Assembly (NCBI RefSeq): GCF_001194135.2
Contig: NC_068987.1
Coordinates: 99,839,971-99,903,633 of the forward strand
Source: Octopus bimaculoides
Taxonomy: Eukaryota
DNA length: 63,663 nt
Reading direction: 5' to 3'
Shown: in pieces, positions 12,895-26,457 of the stretch
How the letters are laid out: each line of letters starts with the position of its first letter
Numbering within the stretch: the first letter of the stretch is position 1
Notes under the pieces: generated by a model
Database searches by the model: none
The model's input: the letters and a program-made list of their open reading frames with translations, nothing else
Told to the model about the DNA's origin: nothing
Program-made: the position numbers and the translations under genes

Positions 12895-13192
12895 ACCAAA
12901 TTTACATAAAAATACCTTGAAATACCAAAGAGTAAATTTATTCAATAAAATCGCCATTGTCTTCGACCGTGAACTCCAGACAAGTTCAGAATCTCCGGCA
13001 AATCTTCAGGGCGGTCTCCTTGTTTAAGTTTGTAAATGCTGCTATAATCATCGCCCTCAGTTCAACTTTGGTTTTACAAGTAGTCTTGCTAGGCTGTCGC
13101 TAAACTTCGCCTCGCACATAATAATTAAGATGGTTGCAGTCTGGAGAATTAGGTAGCCAGGTGTGTTAGGGGTGATGTCTGACAGCCACTAC
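12895..13192 (-). mobile_element. 3' fragment of the same maT-like transposon family
   Basis: Homologous to about 4560-4865 (TGGTTGCAGTCTGGAGAATTAGG encodes the PNSPDCN region; AATTTATTCAATAAAATCGCCATTG marks the ORF end). Confidence 0.8.
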
Positions 13193-13289
13193 TCGGTTGT
13201 TTTGTGTATTCCCACCATATCTACTAACGGCTATACGTGATAATTATTTATCGTTGCATTGTGTATTTGCTTCTTTTTGTATCTCATCT

Positions 13290-13560
13290 TTGTTACGTAT
13301 CTTCTATAAAAATGAAGTTCTATCCCTTAATTTACCCTTTTCTACATACGAAGACTCAGGAGAAAACAGGCTGAAATAATTTGTGTGAAACAGAGTTGAT
13401 TTTCACGAGATACCTTTTCCAAACACCTGAGCAGACACGTCTAGACCGATGGCTATATCTATACCAGCTGTACAATAATCATCCATGAGGGATCGATACT
13501 AGTTGGGTCGAAACACTTGTAGTAATCAATAAACATTATTGTATCTCCCATCTTCCGTCT
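13290..13560 (+). mobile_element. Possible Penelope-like 3' end and pLTR relic
   Basis: A weak C-terminal-like peptide (LPFSTYEDSGENRLK / ETELIFTRYLFQTPE) is followed by a GATC..GGTC-GAAAC stem and AATAAA. This is pattern-level evidence only. Confidence 0.35.
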
Positions 13561-13574
13561 TTCTTATCTAAGAT

Positions 13575-13876
13575 ATGAAAATAGAGTGTCAATAAATGAA
13601 TAATTATTTATTTATTAAAACAAAGAAATGACAACATCTCTTACAGCTGTTTCACTTCGAGACCTTCCGAAAATTAATTATTAAAATTAAAACTCAACAT
13701 GCAGGAACTGAACACCTATTTTGTATACCTTAAACTAGCTCTGACGAGATTCGACTTTCAAATAATTTTCACTTTTATTAATTAATCTTTTGATGGTCTA
13801 GAATTGAAACAGCTGTAAGAAATGTCAATTTATTCTTAAATTAATAAATAATAATTTATTGTCTCTCTATTTTCGT
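13575..13876. repeat. Imperfect inverted repeat (arms about 115 bp, spacer about 75 bp)
   Basis: 13575-13692 is the approximate reverse complement of 13766-13876. The arms carry TTACAGCTGTTTC and GAAACAGCTGTAA. Confidence 0.8.
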
Positions 13877-14067
13877 ATTTCATTTAAATAAATAAATATA
13901 ACCTATGGTTTATCTTTTACCTTAGAGTTGAATATCAACTGTAATCTTCAACATTCCTTGTATGGTTAACTAAACTACTTTCATTTGATTTTTACTATAC
14001 CCTAATGATGTCTGTAACATTTATTTGAGTTTATATATATATGCATATATATGTATATATATTATGT

Positions 14068-14126
14068 ATGTGGTAAGTAACTTGCTTATCAACCACATGG
14101 TTCCGGGTTCAGCAAAAAAGACCGAT
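14068..14126 (+). mobile_element. Internally deleted SINE (family A), ends at a gap
   Basis: GTGGTAAGTAACTTGCTTATCAACCACATGGTTCCGGGTTCAG is joined to CAAAAAAGACCGAT. Both halves match the copy at 32034-32388. Confidence 0.8.
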
Positions 14127-15109
14127 NNNNNNNNNNNNNNNNNNNNNNNNNNNNNNNNNNNNNNNNNNNNNNNNNNNNNNNNNNNNNNNNNNNNNNNNNN
14201 NNNNNNNNNNNNNNNNNNNNNNNNNNNNNNNNNNNNNNNNNNNNNNNNNNNNNNNNNNNNNNNNNNNNNNNNNNNNNNNNNNNNNNNNNNNNNNNNNNTT
14301 TATATATATGTATATATTTTATATTTTACGTTACGTTTACTTATATATATATACATATACACATAAATATTTATATCTCAGTTTCTGTGTGTACCTAAGT
14401 ATGTGTGTATGTGTTTTATGTGTGCGTGCGTGTTTTTGTGAGTGTGTGTGAAAATATGCATGTCTGCACAATTGTCTCCAGAGCTCCCACTATGATGAAG
14501 ATCAAATGAAATCTTGAAGGTAAACAGGATGTAGTTATAAACTTCGAAAAGTACATTGTATCTTAACTTAGAAACTGTCTTAAATATGTGTCATTTATGC
14601 ATATGTAATGTTCTCTCTGTACAGCAACTTCTGGGTATTCAAAACCAACTAATGAACGAAGATAAATCGATAAGAGTGGATATATCTGTAATCATGTAAT
14701 TGTACTGAATTTGTTAGAAGATGTAAGCCTTCAGGCAGAAGTAAATAATAATTCTCGTGTGATATTATTAAATGTAACCATTTTGGAAAGCAATTATTGA
14801 AACAATATACAGGAATCGTTTTATGTATCGAGAAAATATAGGCGCCGAAGAAATATTACCCATTTCAAAAAACAATAGTTTTATGAAATTTTAGCGCCAA
14901 AAACGCCCAGTCTCCACAACACAGTAAATCTTTAGCGTATCTACTAATTGGCATTTGAAAAGTAGTACTTCCAGTAATTCTAAAGTTCACTGGTGGAAGA
15001 GAATTGTTTGATGTATTACGCAGTCTATTTGGATCATTCTGAATTACTTAAGCTAATCCATGTCACTTGCTACTGCTAAAAGTACTACAGCATAAACTGA
15101 AAATTCAAT

Positions 15110-15180
<71 letters not shown>

Positions 15181-15181
15181 T
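15110..15181. repeat. (TAC)n microsatellite
   Basis: Directly visible. Confidence 0.95.
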
Positions 15182-15239
15182 GCATGACGAATTCTACGAG
15201 AGAAGCCCACAACACACAGGAACAAACGTATGAATTTTG

Positions 15240-15389
15240 CTAGTGGACTTATAGTCAGCGGATTTAAATATAGCGGTAGATAATTGTTCCGCTAATGGTT
15301 TCCAAAGTCAGTGAAAACGTTAATCTGCTAAACGAAAACTTAGCTTCACTAATTAGCTGTTACCTGATTAGCGGAACCGTGCCCACAGC
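15240..15389. mobile_element. Probable non-autonomous DNA transposon end (AGCGG/CCGCTAA-rich)
   Basis: Repeated AGCGG/CCGCTAA subterminal motifs ending TTAGCGGAACCGTGCCCAC. I found no matching opposite terminus. Confidence 0.35.
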
Positions 15390-17019
15390 AATTACATGTC
15401 ATCAGGAATTATTTTCATGAGCTTACACACACAAAGATATTTAGCTTTGTACTGGCCCAAACATTTACAAGGTTATGCTGAGTTCTAACAACTGATTATA
15501 TGCACCTAAGAAAAATGAAAAAAAAATGCATATACAACCATATCAACTCTTTTAGAATACCGGAATGCGCAGCGTCACGTCCCTGGTCAGCCACGTTTGA
15601 TGCTTAAAAGAGGAAGGAACGCCATAAATAATGAAATGGAAATTCTCTGAATAACCGGGGGCTAATATAAAAGGAAGCGGGCGATGTAAGCTTTGCTTGG
15701 CTTAGTGGGCAAGAATTCTAAAGGAACTCGTTAGACCTGAGGAACTTTTTAAACACTAAGAACGTGGCATTCAGTTAAAACCCTCGTATAATGTCTTTCA
15801 GATTTGGAATTACCTGTTCGTTGAATAGTCGCACTAAAGATCCTTGAAATACTACTATGACCAGAGCCGATATTAGGGGAATAACCCCGTGCCTTGTACA
15901 CCGTCTTGCTACTCTGACGATTATTTTTTGTTTACACAGCCAACTGACCGTTATGTATTTCTTCCTCCAGTTTTAGATAGGTCCTGCACCTTCAGCCATT
16001 TGAGTCTGAGGCCTCAACTATACCAGAAAGCACCTTCTAGATGCGAAACTCTATGACCGACCATAAATTTAAAACTTCGTTATATNNNNNNNNNNNNNNN
16101 NNNNNNNNNNNNTATATATATGTATATATATATATGTATGTATGTATCTATGTATGTATGTGTGTATGTATGTATATGTATATAGCGCAAAGGAATAGAG
16201 ATTTTAAATGGGGCAAATATCTTACGAGCACTCTGATGAAACGCAGATTTGCTTACCCTTATGGAGTGATAAGAAACATTCATAATCGTTTAGAATTAAG
16301 CATTAAATTTTACTTCTTTCGAACGGCAAACACTGAGTTCTTGTCACATAGAATACACAATACAGTGCCAAGATTTTATAATGAAGAATGGAGAGTTTTA
16401 CAACATTAAAATTTAATAAGAAACATTTTCTTCATATTACGCTCCAACACGTGTTTGTGAGGAAAAAGATTCTTAGGGTTCTTTGGTATAATACTTATCT
16501 GCAGTTAATCTATTTCATTCACATCAATCGTCGTACACGTTCTAATCCAAAGATTGACAATATCTGTACATATTTATTCGAGGTATATCCTGCACTATTA
16601 AGTGAAGCGAACTGAAATTACTGATAATAAATATTATTTCCTAAAATATAGATTATTTGGTCTAAAGGTAGTGGAGACCGTAGTGAAATATTTGTCTATA
16701 GTTATAATTTCATTTTAACTTAGAATGATCTCTTTGGGTAGTAAGAAAGCAGATTACTATATTGCTCTTACTTATACAAGGGAAATCCCCTTGTATAAGT
16801 AATAAGTCAAGTTTTATTGACTGATTTTACTAAAACTGACATATCTAGTATATCAAAGGACTTTAAGGCAGTTAATCCACATGAACAAGCGTCGGAATAT
16901 TATGCGAAAAACTATGTAATTTATGAAGTAACTTTTATTGATATATATCTCACCATTCCTCATTACTATATACAAACACTCAGACACGCAGACACACACA
17001 CAGACACAAATACGTATGT

Positions 17020-17065
<46 letters not shown>

Positions 17066-19002
17066 ATGCATACTAGCATACATCCTCTAATATGTTGTTT
17101 AGTCCGTGGGATTTAATCGAATGTCAAGCACGGAAATCGTTGAGTATTTCGTAGATCAGATGGTGTTATATCTTTTGGGCGTTACTTCGTTATCGTTACA
17201 TAGTTTACTAAAATAATGGTGTATTTCGACCCGCATAGTCTTTCCTGGTATGCACATCATTTAGTAGTCGTATTTTTGTATTGTCTTATTTATTTATTTG
17301 CTTTACCAATTCTGATGTTCTCTCTGGGATACCACGGAGTTAATTTTTGTGTCGGACTTGGAATTTTGAGTGTTCTCCTGTATTTAATTCTGACAAATTA
17401 CGCTTTGCCGGAGAAAAGTATTTTGACACTTGTCCTATTTCTGTTATGATAGGCAACGTAAAAGGGACTATCTTTTTCTGCAGTAGCATGTAGATATCAG
17501 AATGATTTTTGAGTGTTTCCAGAATAATTCGATTTGAAATTTAATATCCACATCAGCATGGACTTTCCTTTACAGCAAACGCTAATCTGAAAGAAAATAA
17601 AAAGTATGACTTATTCAAGCTAACCAAGTTATAAGTAGAACTATCTACGCAGAACTTTAGATTTAAACTTAAAATTACTCTTCTACACTTTCTGTCAAAT
17701 GAATCTTGAAGTTCTTTTCTTTAAGTTGTAAATATATTCTCGCAAATATTCATTAAAAAGAAAGCATTTCAAAACAAATAAGTCACCAGCATCATCCATT
17801 TTCGATATGTTATATTAGATGATATAATATAATATGATTGCAAGAGGTGTTGTACTATTTGTATTAAATAATCTAATGAGATAGCAATATATATATTTCA
17901 TTTTAGCGTGCCAAAGTTAGAAAAGCATATTTGGTTCATATCTATGCAAACTAGAGTGTGTCGCTGTGTTTGTATATATGTGTATATATACATACGTATG
18001 CATATGTGTGTGTGTGTTTGCGCATGTATACGCCAATGTGATTTCGCATATTTTCTTAATCTTACGTATTGTTACATACGGATTTCGTTTCCGGTATCCA
18101 TTGCATTAAGTAAATCTGATAGTGTACAGATAACTCGTGTATTCGCAGAAGGTGCGGAATTCCCCACTGACATAAACTATAGATATCTATATTATTAAAA
18201 TGTATATAACCTGCAGGTAGTGTGATGGCTTGTACGATATATTGTTTGACAGCGAATAATACAAGTGGACCCAAGCAACCTCTCTCTTGACGTTTGGCTG
18301 CTCTATAGATCTGATTAACAATGAAATAGTTGCAAGCAAAATGATCGATACATAACTTGAAATATTTATGAACTGAAATACTTCCATATTTGCACGAACT
18401 AATACTTGAAATATATCTGTAATGGAATAGCTGCTATAATATAATGCTTAACTTAATGGTTGGGTTACGAAGGTGCGTAATTTCATGTTCGATATATGAA
18501 TCTAAGCCCGTTTGAACTTACTTCTCTTCCATTCGGCGTCATGTAAACTTTGTTCCAAACCTGTCCACAAATTGATTCACTCTCCTAAATTATTTCCCTG
18601 CCCCTTGGGCGTGTTTTCCTAAACACTTACTAAACAGCTGAGCTACATATCAACTAGACATGAATTCCATATATCAATATCAGCTGGAATAATAATCGAA
18701 ATTGATAATTTATATTTTGAACGAAGAAACAAAAGACGCTTATAGCTATGTGTACTCATACACACTCGTACGCAGGCACGAAAACGCACACAGACACACA
18801 GAGAGACATACACACAAACATACACACACAACACACACATGTATAAAGTACCGTATTATACATATATATAAATAAAAAAATATAGATACATTTTTAGAGA
18901 GACAGACCGACAAACACACAGGTAGGTAGATAGCTAGCTACGTAGACGGCTAGATAGATAGATAGGTAGATAAAAGGATGAAGTACTTACATACAACATA
19001 TA

Positions 19003-19040
<38 letters not shown>

Positions 19041-20272
19041 NNNNNNNNNNNNNNNNNNNNNNNNNNNNNNNNNNNNNNNNNNNNNNNNNNNNNNNNNNNN
19101 NNNNNNNNNNNNNNNNNNNNNNNNNNNNNNNNNNNNNNNNNNNNNNNNNNNNNNNNNNNNNNNNNNNNNNNNNNNNNNNNNNNNNNNNNNNNNNNNNNNN
19201 NNNNNNNNNNNNNNNNNNNNNNNNNNNNNNNNNNNNNNNNNNNNNNNNNNNNNNNNNNNNNNNNNNNNNNNNNNNNNNNNNNNNNNNNNNNNNNNNNNNN
19301 NNNNNNNNNNNNNNNNNNNNNNNNNNNNNNNNNNNNNNNNNNNNNNNNNNNNNNNNNNNNNNNNNNNNNNNNNNNNNNNNNNNNNNNNNNNNNNNNNNNN
19401 NNNNNNNNNNNNNNNNNNNNNNNNNNNNNNNNNNNNNNNNNNNNNNNNNNNNNNNNNNNNNNNNNNNNNNNNNNNNNNNNNNNNNNNNNNNNNNNNNNNN
19501 NNNNNNNNNNNNNNNNNNNNNNNNNNNNNNNNNNNNNNNNNNNNNNNNNNNNNNNNNNNNNNNNNNNNNNNNNNNNNNNNNNNNNNNNNNNNNNNNNNNN
19601 NNNNNNNNNNNNNNNNNNNNNNNNNNNNNNNNNNNNNNNNNNNNNNNNNNNNNNNNNNNNNNNNNNNNNNNNNNNNNNNNNNNNNNNNNNNNNNNNNNNN
19701 NNNNNNNNNNNNNNNNNNNNNNNNNNNNNNNNNNNNNNNNNNNNNNNNNNNNNNNNNNNNNNNNNNNNNNNNNNNNNNNNNNNNNNNNNNNNNNNNNNNN
19801 NNNNNNNNNNNNNNNNNNNNNNNNNNNNNNNNNNNNNNNNNNNNNNNNNNNNNNNNNNNNNNNNNNNNNNNNNNNNNNNNNNNNNTATATATAGTATTAC
19901 ATTTATATATATATGTATATCATATATATAATATATAATTATCCATTACCTCACGTTTATTTGAAGTAGTTTCTATACGTTCAATGCTTTACAGTTTTTC
20001 TCACTACTAACAAAAAAAATCTATTTCTCTATTTATCTATATATGACATCTATATGTATACATATTTCTTTTTGTCTTTCTTTCTTCTGTTCTTTCTTTT
20101 TTTTCTTTCTTCCTTTCTTTATATCTACCTACCTACCTATCTTTCTTTCTGTCTATCTACTTACATATCAGTCACTGTAAATATGTCTTATATTAGTGTG
20201 GGCGTGGTGTCAGTGTGTTTGTATCTGTATGTGTTGTGTGTGTCTGTGCGTGCGTATGCATCTGTGTGTGTG

Positions 20273-20307
<35 letters not shown>

Positions 20308-21298
20308 GTTTGTGTGTAAGCATCTTGTATACGTGCATGTGTGTTGGCATAATAATTCGAACAGTTAAAACCCTTCCCATAAAACATTTTCTACCTGTCA
20401 AAATGTCCTGATGGACATCAAGATATATGGTATAATAGGAATTATAGAAAATCTGCTCTTTCATTGGAAGCAGCTATAATAGTTTGTTCATCTAATAATG
20501 TAGATATATGTATAATCTTTCTTTTTTGAGGCTCTTTTCAAAGGATATATGCAACAAGTTGGGAAAACTGCTTATATTATATACCTGAACACACTATTAT
20601 TATCTATTCTCTTCTCGGCTAAATGTGTTGTCAGATGTTCCTTTTAGAATATAAAATACATTGAAATAAACACAGGGCTATTTAAAAACCGGGAAATGTA
20701 TTCTGAAAAGTGTTACAATATTTTGTAGGCTATGATATTACTTCAGAGAAAGGCGGAAATTGTTCTTTTCATAAACCAAATTTCAAAGGATTTGTTCATA
20801 TATTTCAACGAGATACATTTATCATATCTGTGTCCCTTTTCTTTTTATGAGGTACACATTATAAGGAAAGTGTACGAAGATGCTCGAAAATGGAGATACC
20901 ATTGTAATATGACAGACTTTTTTTAAGTAGTCTTCAATTAGGTTATGTAATATATCAGAAATTCATTCATAGTCTTTATAAATACGTTAAGGTATTTTTC
21001 ATTAATGATAAAACCTTCGACGCCTCCGGAAATGTTTACAATCAATTTATCTTATTTCGTTCTTTCAGCTTAGAAAAAAAAAAAAGAAACAAACACACAT
21101 ACACACACAACTTATACCTTTCGTTCACAAACATTAAACTTAGAATAAAATTTACAATCAAATGTGGACGAATTTCTCTGCGGAGATATGTATAATTATA
21201 TGAAAATACTGCTGCAGAGAATTTGTAACAATGTTTGTATGCATACGTATATATGCATGTATGTATCCATATAATTGTACATATCAGAACTACATTTG

Positions 21299-21356
<58 letters not shown>

Positions 21357-22247
21357 TCCATGTATATGTGATATGTGTGTGTGCGCGCAATTGTGTGCGT
21401 ACGTATATATGTATACTTAAGCTGACCCCAAACAAGCTACACTTACTTTACAATATAAGCGCACATGTGTAATTTGGATTATGTATCCAAATTTTAAAAC
21501 AATGTAAAAATGTGAATACTAAAGATAGGATTTGTCGAGCTTTGGATGTGATCGGTAACTAAGATGCTTTGTGGTATTGAATGTAGTTCTTGCCGTGTCA
21601 GATGTGATAAACATCAAAATACGCGTAATACATGGCACTCGTTCTGTTCTAGTATATGGAGATGTAAAGAAAAGTTTCCTGTCCCAACTTCCAAATATTC
21701 AATGTTTGGGAATTGCAGATTACGCTGCTATGATAGCGACAGGTAACAAACAATTTACCAATTCTATCATTAAAAAGACGTCTGCACAATCACAACAGCA
21801 TGCTCAAGTAGCAGTGGTATCATAGTAAAATTAGATGAAGGAACCTTTCGACGAACAGCGAAACGATGTTTTGTACTTGATATGTTCCCACAAAAAGTGA
21901 TTCTGTCATAAAGATAAGTCCACATATCTCTTCAAAGCTTTAAATGCAAGATTGCTGCCAGCTTCAGCGTTTCTCTTTGTTCACAATACAATCTTAATAA
22001 TGTTAAATTTGGGTTCTGCTTCCAAAGGTTTAGACTAGGAACAACAAATATTAAAGAGCCGTGGCAGTACTCAAAACACAAACAGCGTTACTTTTATTTT
22101 TAAGTGGTCAATGCAATCAGTAACTGTCATCCAGTTTCAAATAGAACAACATTCATCAAAATGTGGGAAATTAATCACCGATCATTATATGCGGGGAAAT
22201 AATCGTGACGATTTAGTTTTGTTTAGGCAATAATTCAATAAATTACC

Positions 22248-22441
22248 TATTTTGTTTCAGTTATGTAACGCAATGTCCGTGTTTGCATTTGTGTAATACT
22301 TTCGTTCGCGAAATGTTTTCATCATTAGCTTCGTACGAATCAAGTCCAGACTCTTCCAACACACTGTTTACATTAGACGGAAAATTTAACAGTAGGATGA
22401 TGCAAGTAAAAAAATATCGTTGAATATTTTTGTATATTATT

Positions 22442-22536
<95 letters not shown>

Positions 22537-22684
22537 CAAACACATAGACATATACATTCATACATACGTTCAAACACAATATAAGTTTGTACGTATGCAT
22601 ATGTTCATGTGTTTGTGAGAGAGAGAANNNNNNNNNNTCAAACACAATATAAGTTTGTACGTATGCATATGTTCATGTGTTTGT

Positions 22685-22732
<48 letters not shown>

Positions 22733-22932
22733 AAAAATATACAAAAACATTCAACGATTTTTTTTTACTTGCATCCTAGTGTTAAATCCTCCATTTAATG
22801 TAAACAGTGTGTGGGAAGAGTTTGGGCTTCATTCGTATGAAGCTAATGACGAAAACAATTCGCGAACATAACGAAAGTGTGACGCTTGCAAATGCAAACA
22901 CGGACATTGCATTATATAACTGAATCAAAATA
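22248..22932. mobile_element. Foldback/MITE-like element with about 195-bp inverted arms around microsatellites
   Basis: 22248-22442 and 22731-22932 are diverged reverse complements (CAATGTCCGTGTTTGCATTTG...CACACTGTTTACATTA...GATGCAAGTAAAAAAA). TA lies at both outer ends. Confidence 0.8.
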
Positions 22933-25413
22933 CACACTCACACACAAACATGTTAGTCTTATGTTATGCTTAATCGTACCTCAGACTCAAATGTGATACA
23001 GCTGAATTCAAACCTGAACATTATGACTTTTTGGTGTGTCTGGGAATATATTATGTAACGGGCTGTTATTTATTTATTTATTTTTATTTATTCATTTATT
23101 TTGTCATATGGTGCAATCGATGCGTTTGCATAGATGTTCCCTCGTATGAGGTGAAACATGAGTGAATTGAATAGTATAGAGTTTCAATTGAAGATATTCC
23201 AAGTAAATTTGTTAGTGATAGAATAGAGATTCCATAGTCTCTAGATTGTGCTGTTGTATGTCTTGAAAATTGGGAAAATTGTAGTATATCAGCGTTTTGG
23301 TGGCAATGAAAATATCAGTTTACGCAAGTTGTTGATAAGACTAAATGGACATTCTTTTTAAATTTAAGCAGCAATGTTATCGCACCAAACCTTATGCCAG
23401 TCTCAGGCGAGGAGAATCACATTAGTAATTCCCTTTCTTATGGCAAATGGTTGAGATTTAAACCCATATTCTAATATTAAGATTTCCTAAGTGACATAAC
23501 ATCTAAGCAATTTTTTGGAAAATGTTTAATCGATATCATCAATACCTTATTGATGACAAAGAACGCTTACATGATGTTAGGCTGACAAAGAACTTCTGAG
23601 TCCCTCTTACTACTTTTACTGAAACAGATAGTGAAAAGTAACATAATTTGCATGAATTCGAACTGTTTGGAGACCCACTTGGAAGATTGATTATTGTCAA
23701 TGAGTATACACTATTTAGAATATCTCTCGTAGGTGTATTAGTTCAACCCTTGGATTAGCAAACCTTTCATGTTATTCACGTGTATCTCTTATTTCATTTC
23801 ATCTACGTTCCTCCTCATAATATTTTCATATGAATGTTCAAGAATTGTTTTGTATTACTCTGCATGTATCTCACTATGTTGTCTTATTCAATCCAGTTTC
23901 TCACACTAATTCTGATTAAATTTCTGCAGAGGCATTTCCAATACGGGATCGTCAGAACCAAATGAGTTTCCAGGCTTCCATTTTCACTTTACAATGATTA
24001 TTTACTTCATACAGTAAACAATTCAAAGAGACGAACGCACTAAATGGACCACCTGCTCCTCTTGCATGTCCGCATAAATATATGCTCATAGACAAACATG
24101 TGCACATAGATGTGTCAAAGAGAAAATGAGTTCAAATACGGGAAAGAAAATGAGAAAGAGAGGGAATGAAAGCACTTCAGAAATGTTATGAGGCTATTTA
24201 TGAAAAACTTTCACTGTGTCTAGTTAGAAAATGGACTCTGATTCGCACTCATATTTAAAATAAATGCACAGAAATTTATTAACACAAAAAGGATACGACT
24301 TACAGAGGTAAAACAATTAAGTGAGATAACATAACGGAATGTTTAATATAATTAATGTAACTGAATGTTAATTGAATTTTCCCACAATGTATATTTAGTT
24401 AGTTGGAGGTTCTCATTTTTCTGCGACAAAAAAAAAAAATGTAAGAAAAACGATCTGGTTCTTTTTATACTGTTTTTGTTAATATTTCTTCTTTTTTCGA
24501 AAATGTCCAAGACTAACCGGTAGGATGTCTGGTGTTTTGGCTAACATACAATGAGTAATATATACTCCAAAAATGTATTTATGCCAACTAATGTTCAATT
24601 GTGTACACTTAAATATATACTTAACCGATGAAACTTTAACACAACACCTAAGCTAATCCCAAGCTGCAACTCGCATTTAAATTAATGATTTCAATATTAC
24701 TTATTTGTTTACTCATAATAATTCTTTTCTGCCTGGTAATTATTTTTCTTAGCTTCCTAATAATCTACGCATTAACTACGTTACCGAAACTTCAAATTCT
24801 ATATAATCACTTAATAGACAAGTAGATGCAAGTATACATGCTGTAGCCTGCCGAAAATATCTAATTTATTATAATTATGATTTTACATTCAAGTACAAAT
24901 GACTTTCTATATAGCTGCCATTGCTCCAATGAGTCGGTAGGAAGAGCTCGAATTTCAACAAATGAAGTGAAAGTTCATGTAATAGGAGGTGAACAGGAAT
25001 AGAAAGGAACTTTAGAGGTATTTGAAATGGTTGGCACATCCCCTGCAAGGGTGATATTGTCGATATGTTTACAATACATTTCGACTCATCATGTTGGTGT
25101 ATTATTTCAACCCGCGGATCAGCAACTATCCAACAAATTTATCAGTAAAGATATTCCAGACGTCATTCCCACCCCTCTTTTGTCCAAACATTGGATCGCA
25201 TCGACTAAAATGTCTTTGGCCTTTTGAAAGAAAGCGACATGTTCTGAGTGAGAAATGGCTGTTACATGTTACATGTATCAAAGGCGTAGGGGATCTCACG
25301 TTCATTCACTCTAGACAAGTAAGAAACCATGGATCCCAATAAATATTTTTTTGCTGTACATACGAAAACATATGCAGACATACACGTATGCAAATATATT
25401 CACACATACGTTC

Positions 25414-25523
<110 letters not shown>

Positions 25524-25576
25524 GCATGCATACATACGGACATACATACGTACATACATGGGAATGTAGATATATA

Positions 25577-26457
25577 TTTGTTCCTAAACATACGCATAAT
25601 AATAGCCTCCCGCATATCCTGACGGACTGTAACATTTTCCCCGCACTGACACAGAAACTATTGAAGGTGCCGAAGCAGACCGGTGTTTTTGCCGGCTTTG
25701 GTGATTTCTGAGAGGATGCCGTCTTTTCCCGGACCCTTGCCACTGGCCAGGGAGTCAATAGCCTTGGTGAGCTCTGCTATAGACGGCAGACTGTCAAGTT
25801 CGCACATGGCTGGCAAGATCTTCACTCCCTCAATTATGACCTCAGCGACTGTGTTCTCCAGTGAGTAGAGATGCTGGTAGTACTCCACCCATCCATTCAT
25901 TTGCTTGCTTTGGTCTTTCATGAGATCTCCAAGAGTTGATTTCAGAGAGGCTGACTTGGTTGCAGATGGACCGAGGGCCTTCTTCAAACCGGCATACATC
26001 CCATGGGTGTCGCCATTGTCAGCTGCTGACGGGATACTCTGACAGATGTCCTGCCAATGGCTATTTACACAGTGTCTGGCATTCAGTTGTCTTTTATTTC
26101 TTGCCCTTCTGAGTTTTTCGAGTGACTTTGTGAAAGATTCGCTCTTGTATTGCATCAGGACTGTGCACTTTGTTTCGATAACTGGTTCCAGCTCTGAGAG
26201 CCCAGCACCGAACCAATCTGGGTTTTGCCTTTCACTCATGCCGAAAGTATCTATTGATGTGGTATACAAAGCTTCCCTGATGTAATTCCACCTACTTTCA
26301 GCAGAGGAGGATGGGCAGCTACTGAGGACAACCTTGATAGAAACAGCATTTTTGCAGTGTAGGGTTCGAGGTTCTGGCAGTGTTAATGCGTGGTCGGCCC
26401 ATTTTCTTGGAGTGATGGACTATTTTTTAGGCAGAATCCTCACCCTGCTTCTTATTA
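25577..26457 (-). mobile_element. RTE-clade LINE, inverted 5' segment (post-endonuclease linker to RT start)
   Basis: ORF 25658..26269 and flanks: KMGRPRINTART...RWNYIREALYTTSIDTFG...QNPDWF...WVEYYQHLYS...ELTKAIDSLASGKGPGKDGI...QDMREAII..FRNK. This is typical RTE ORF upstream of the RT core. Confidence 0.9.

Noticed and set aside
22569-22695. Tandem duplication of about 58 bp
   Set aside because: Two identical copies flank a 10-N placeholder, typical of overlapping contig ends.
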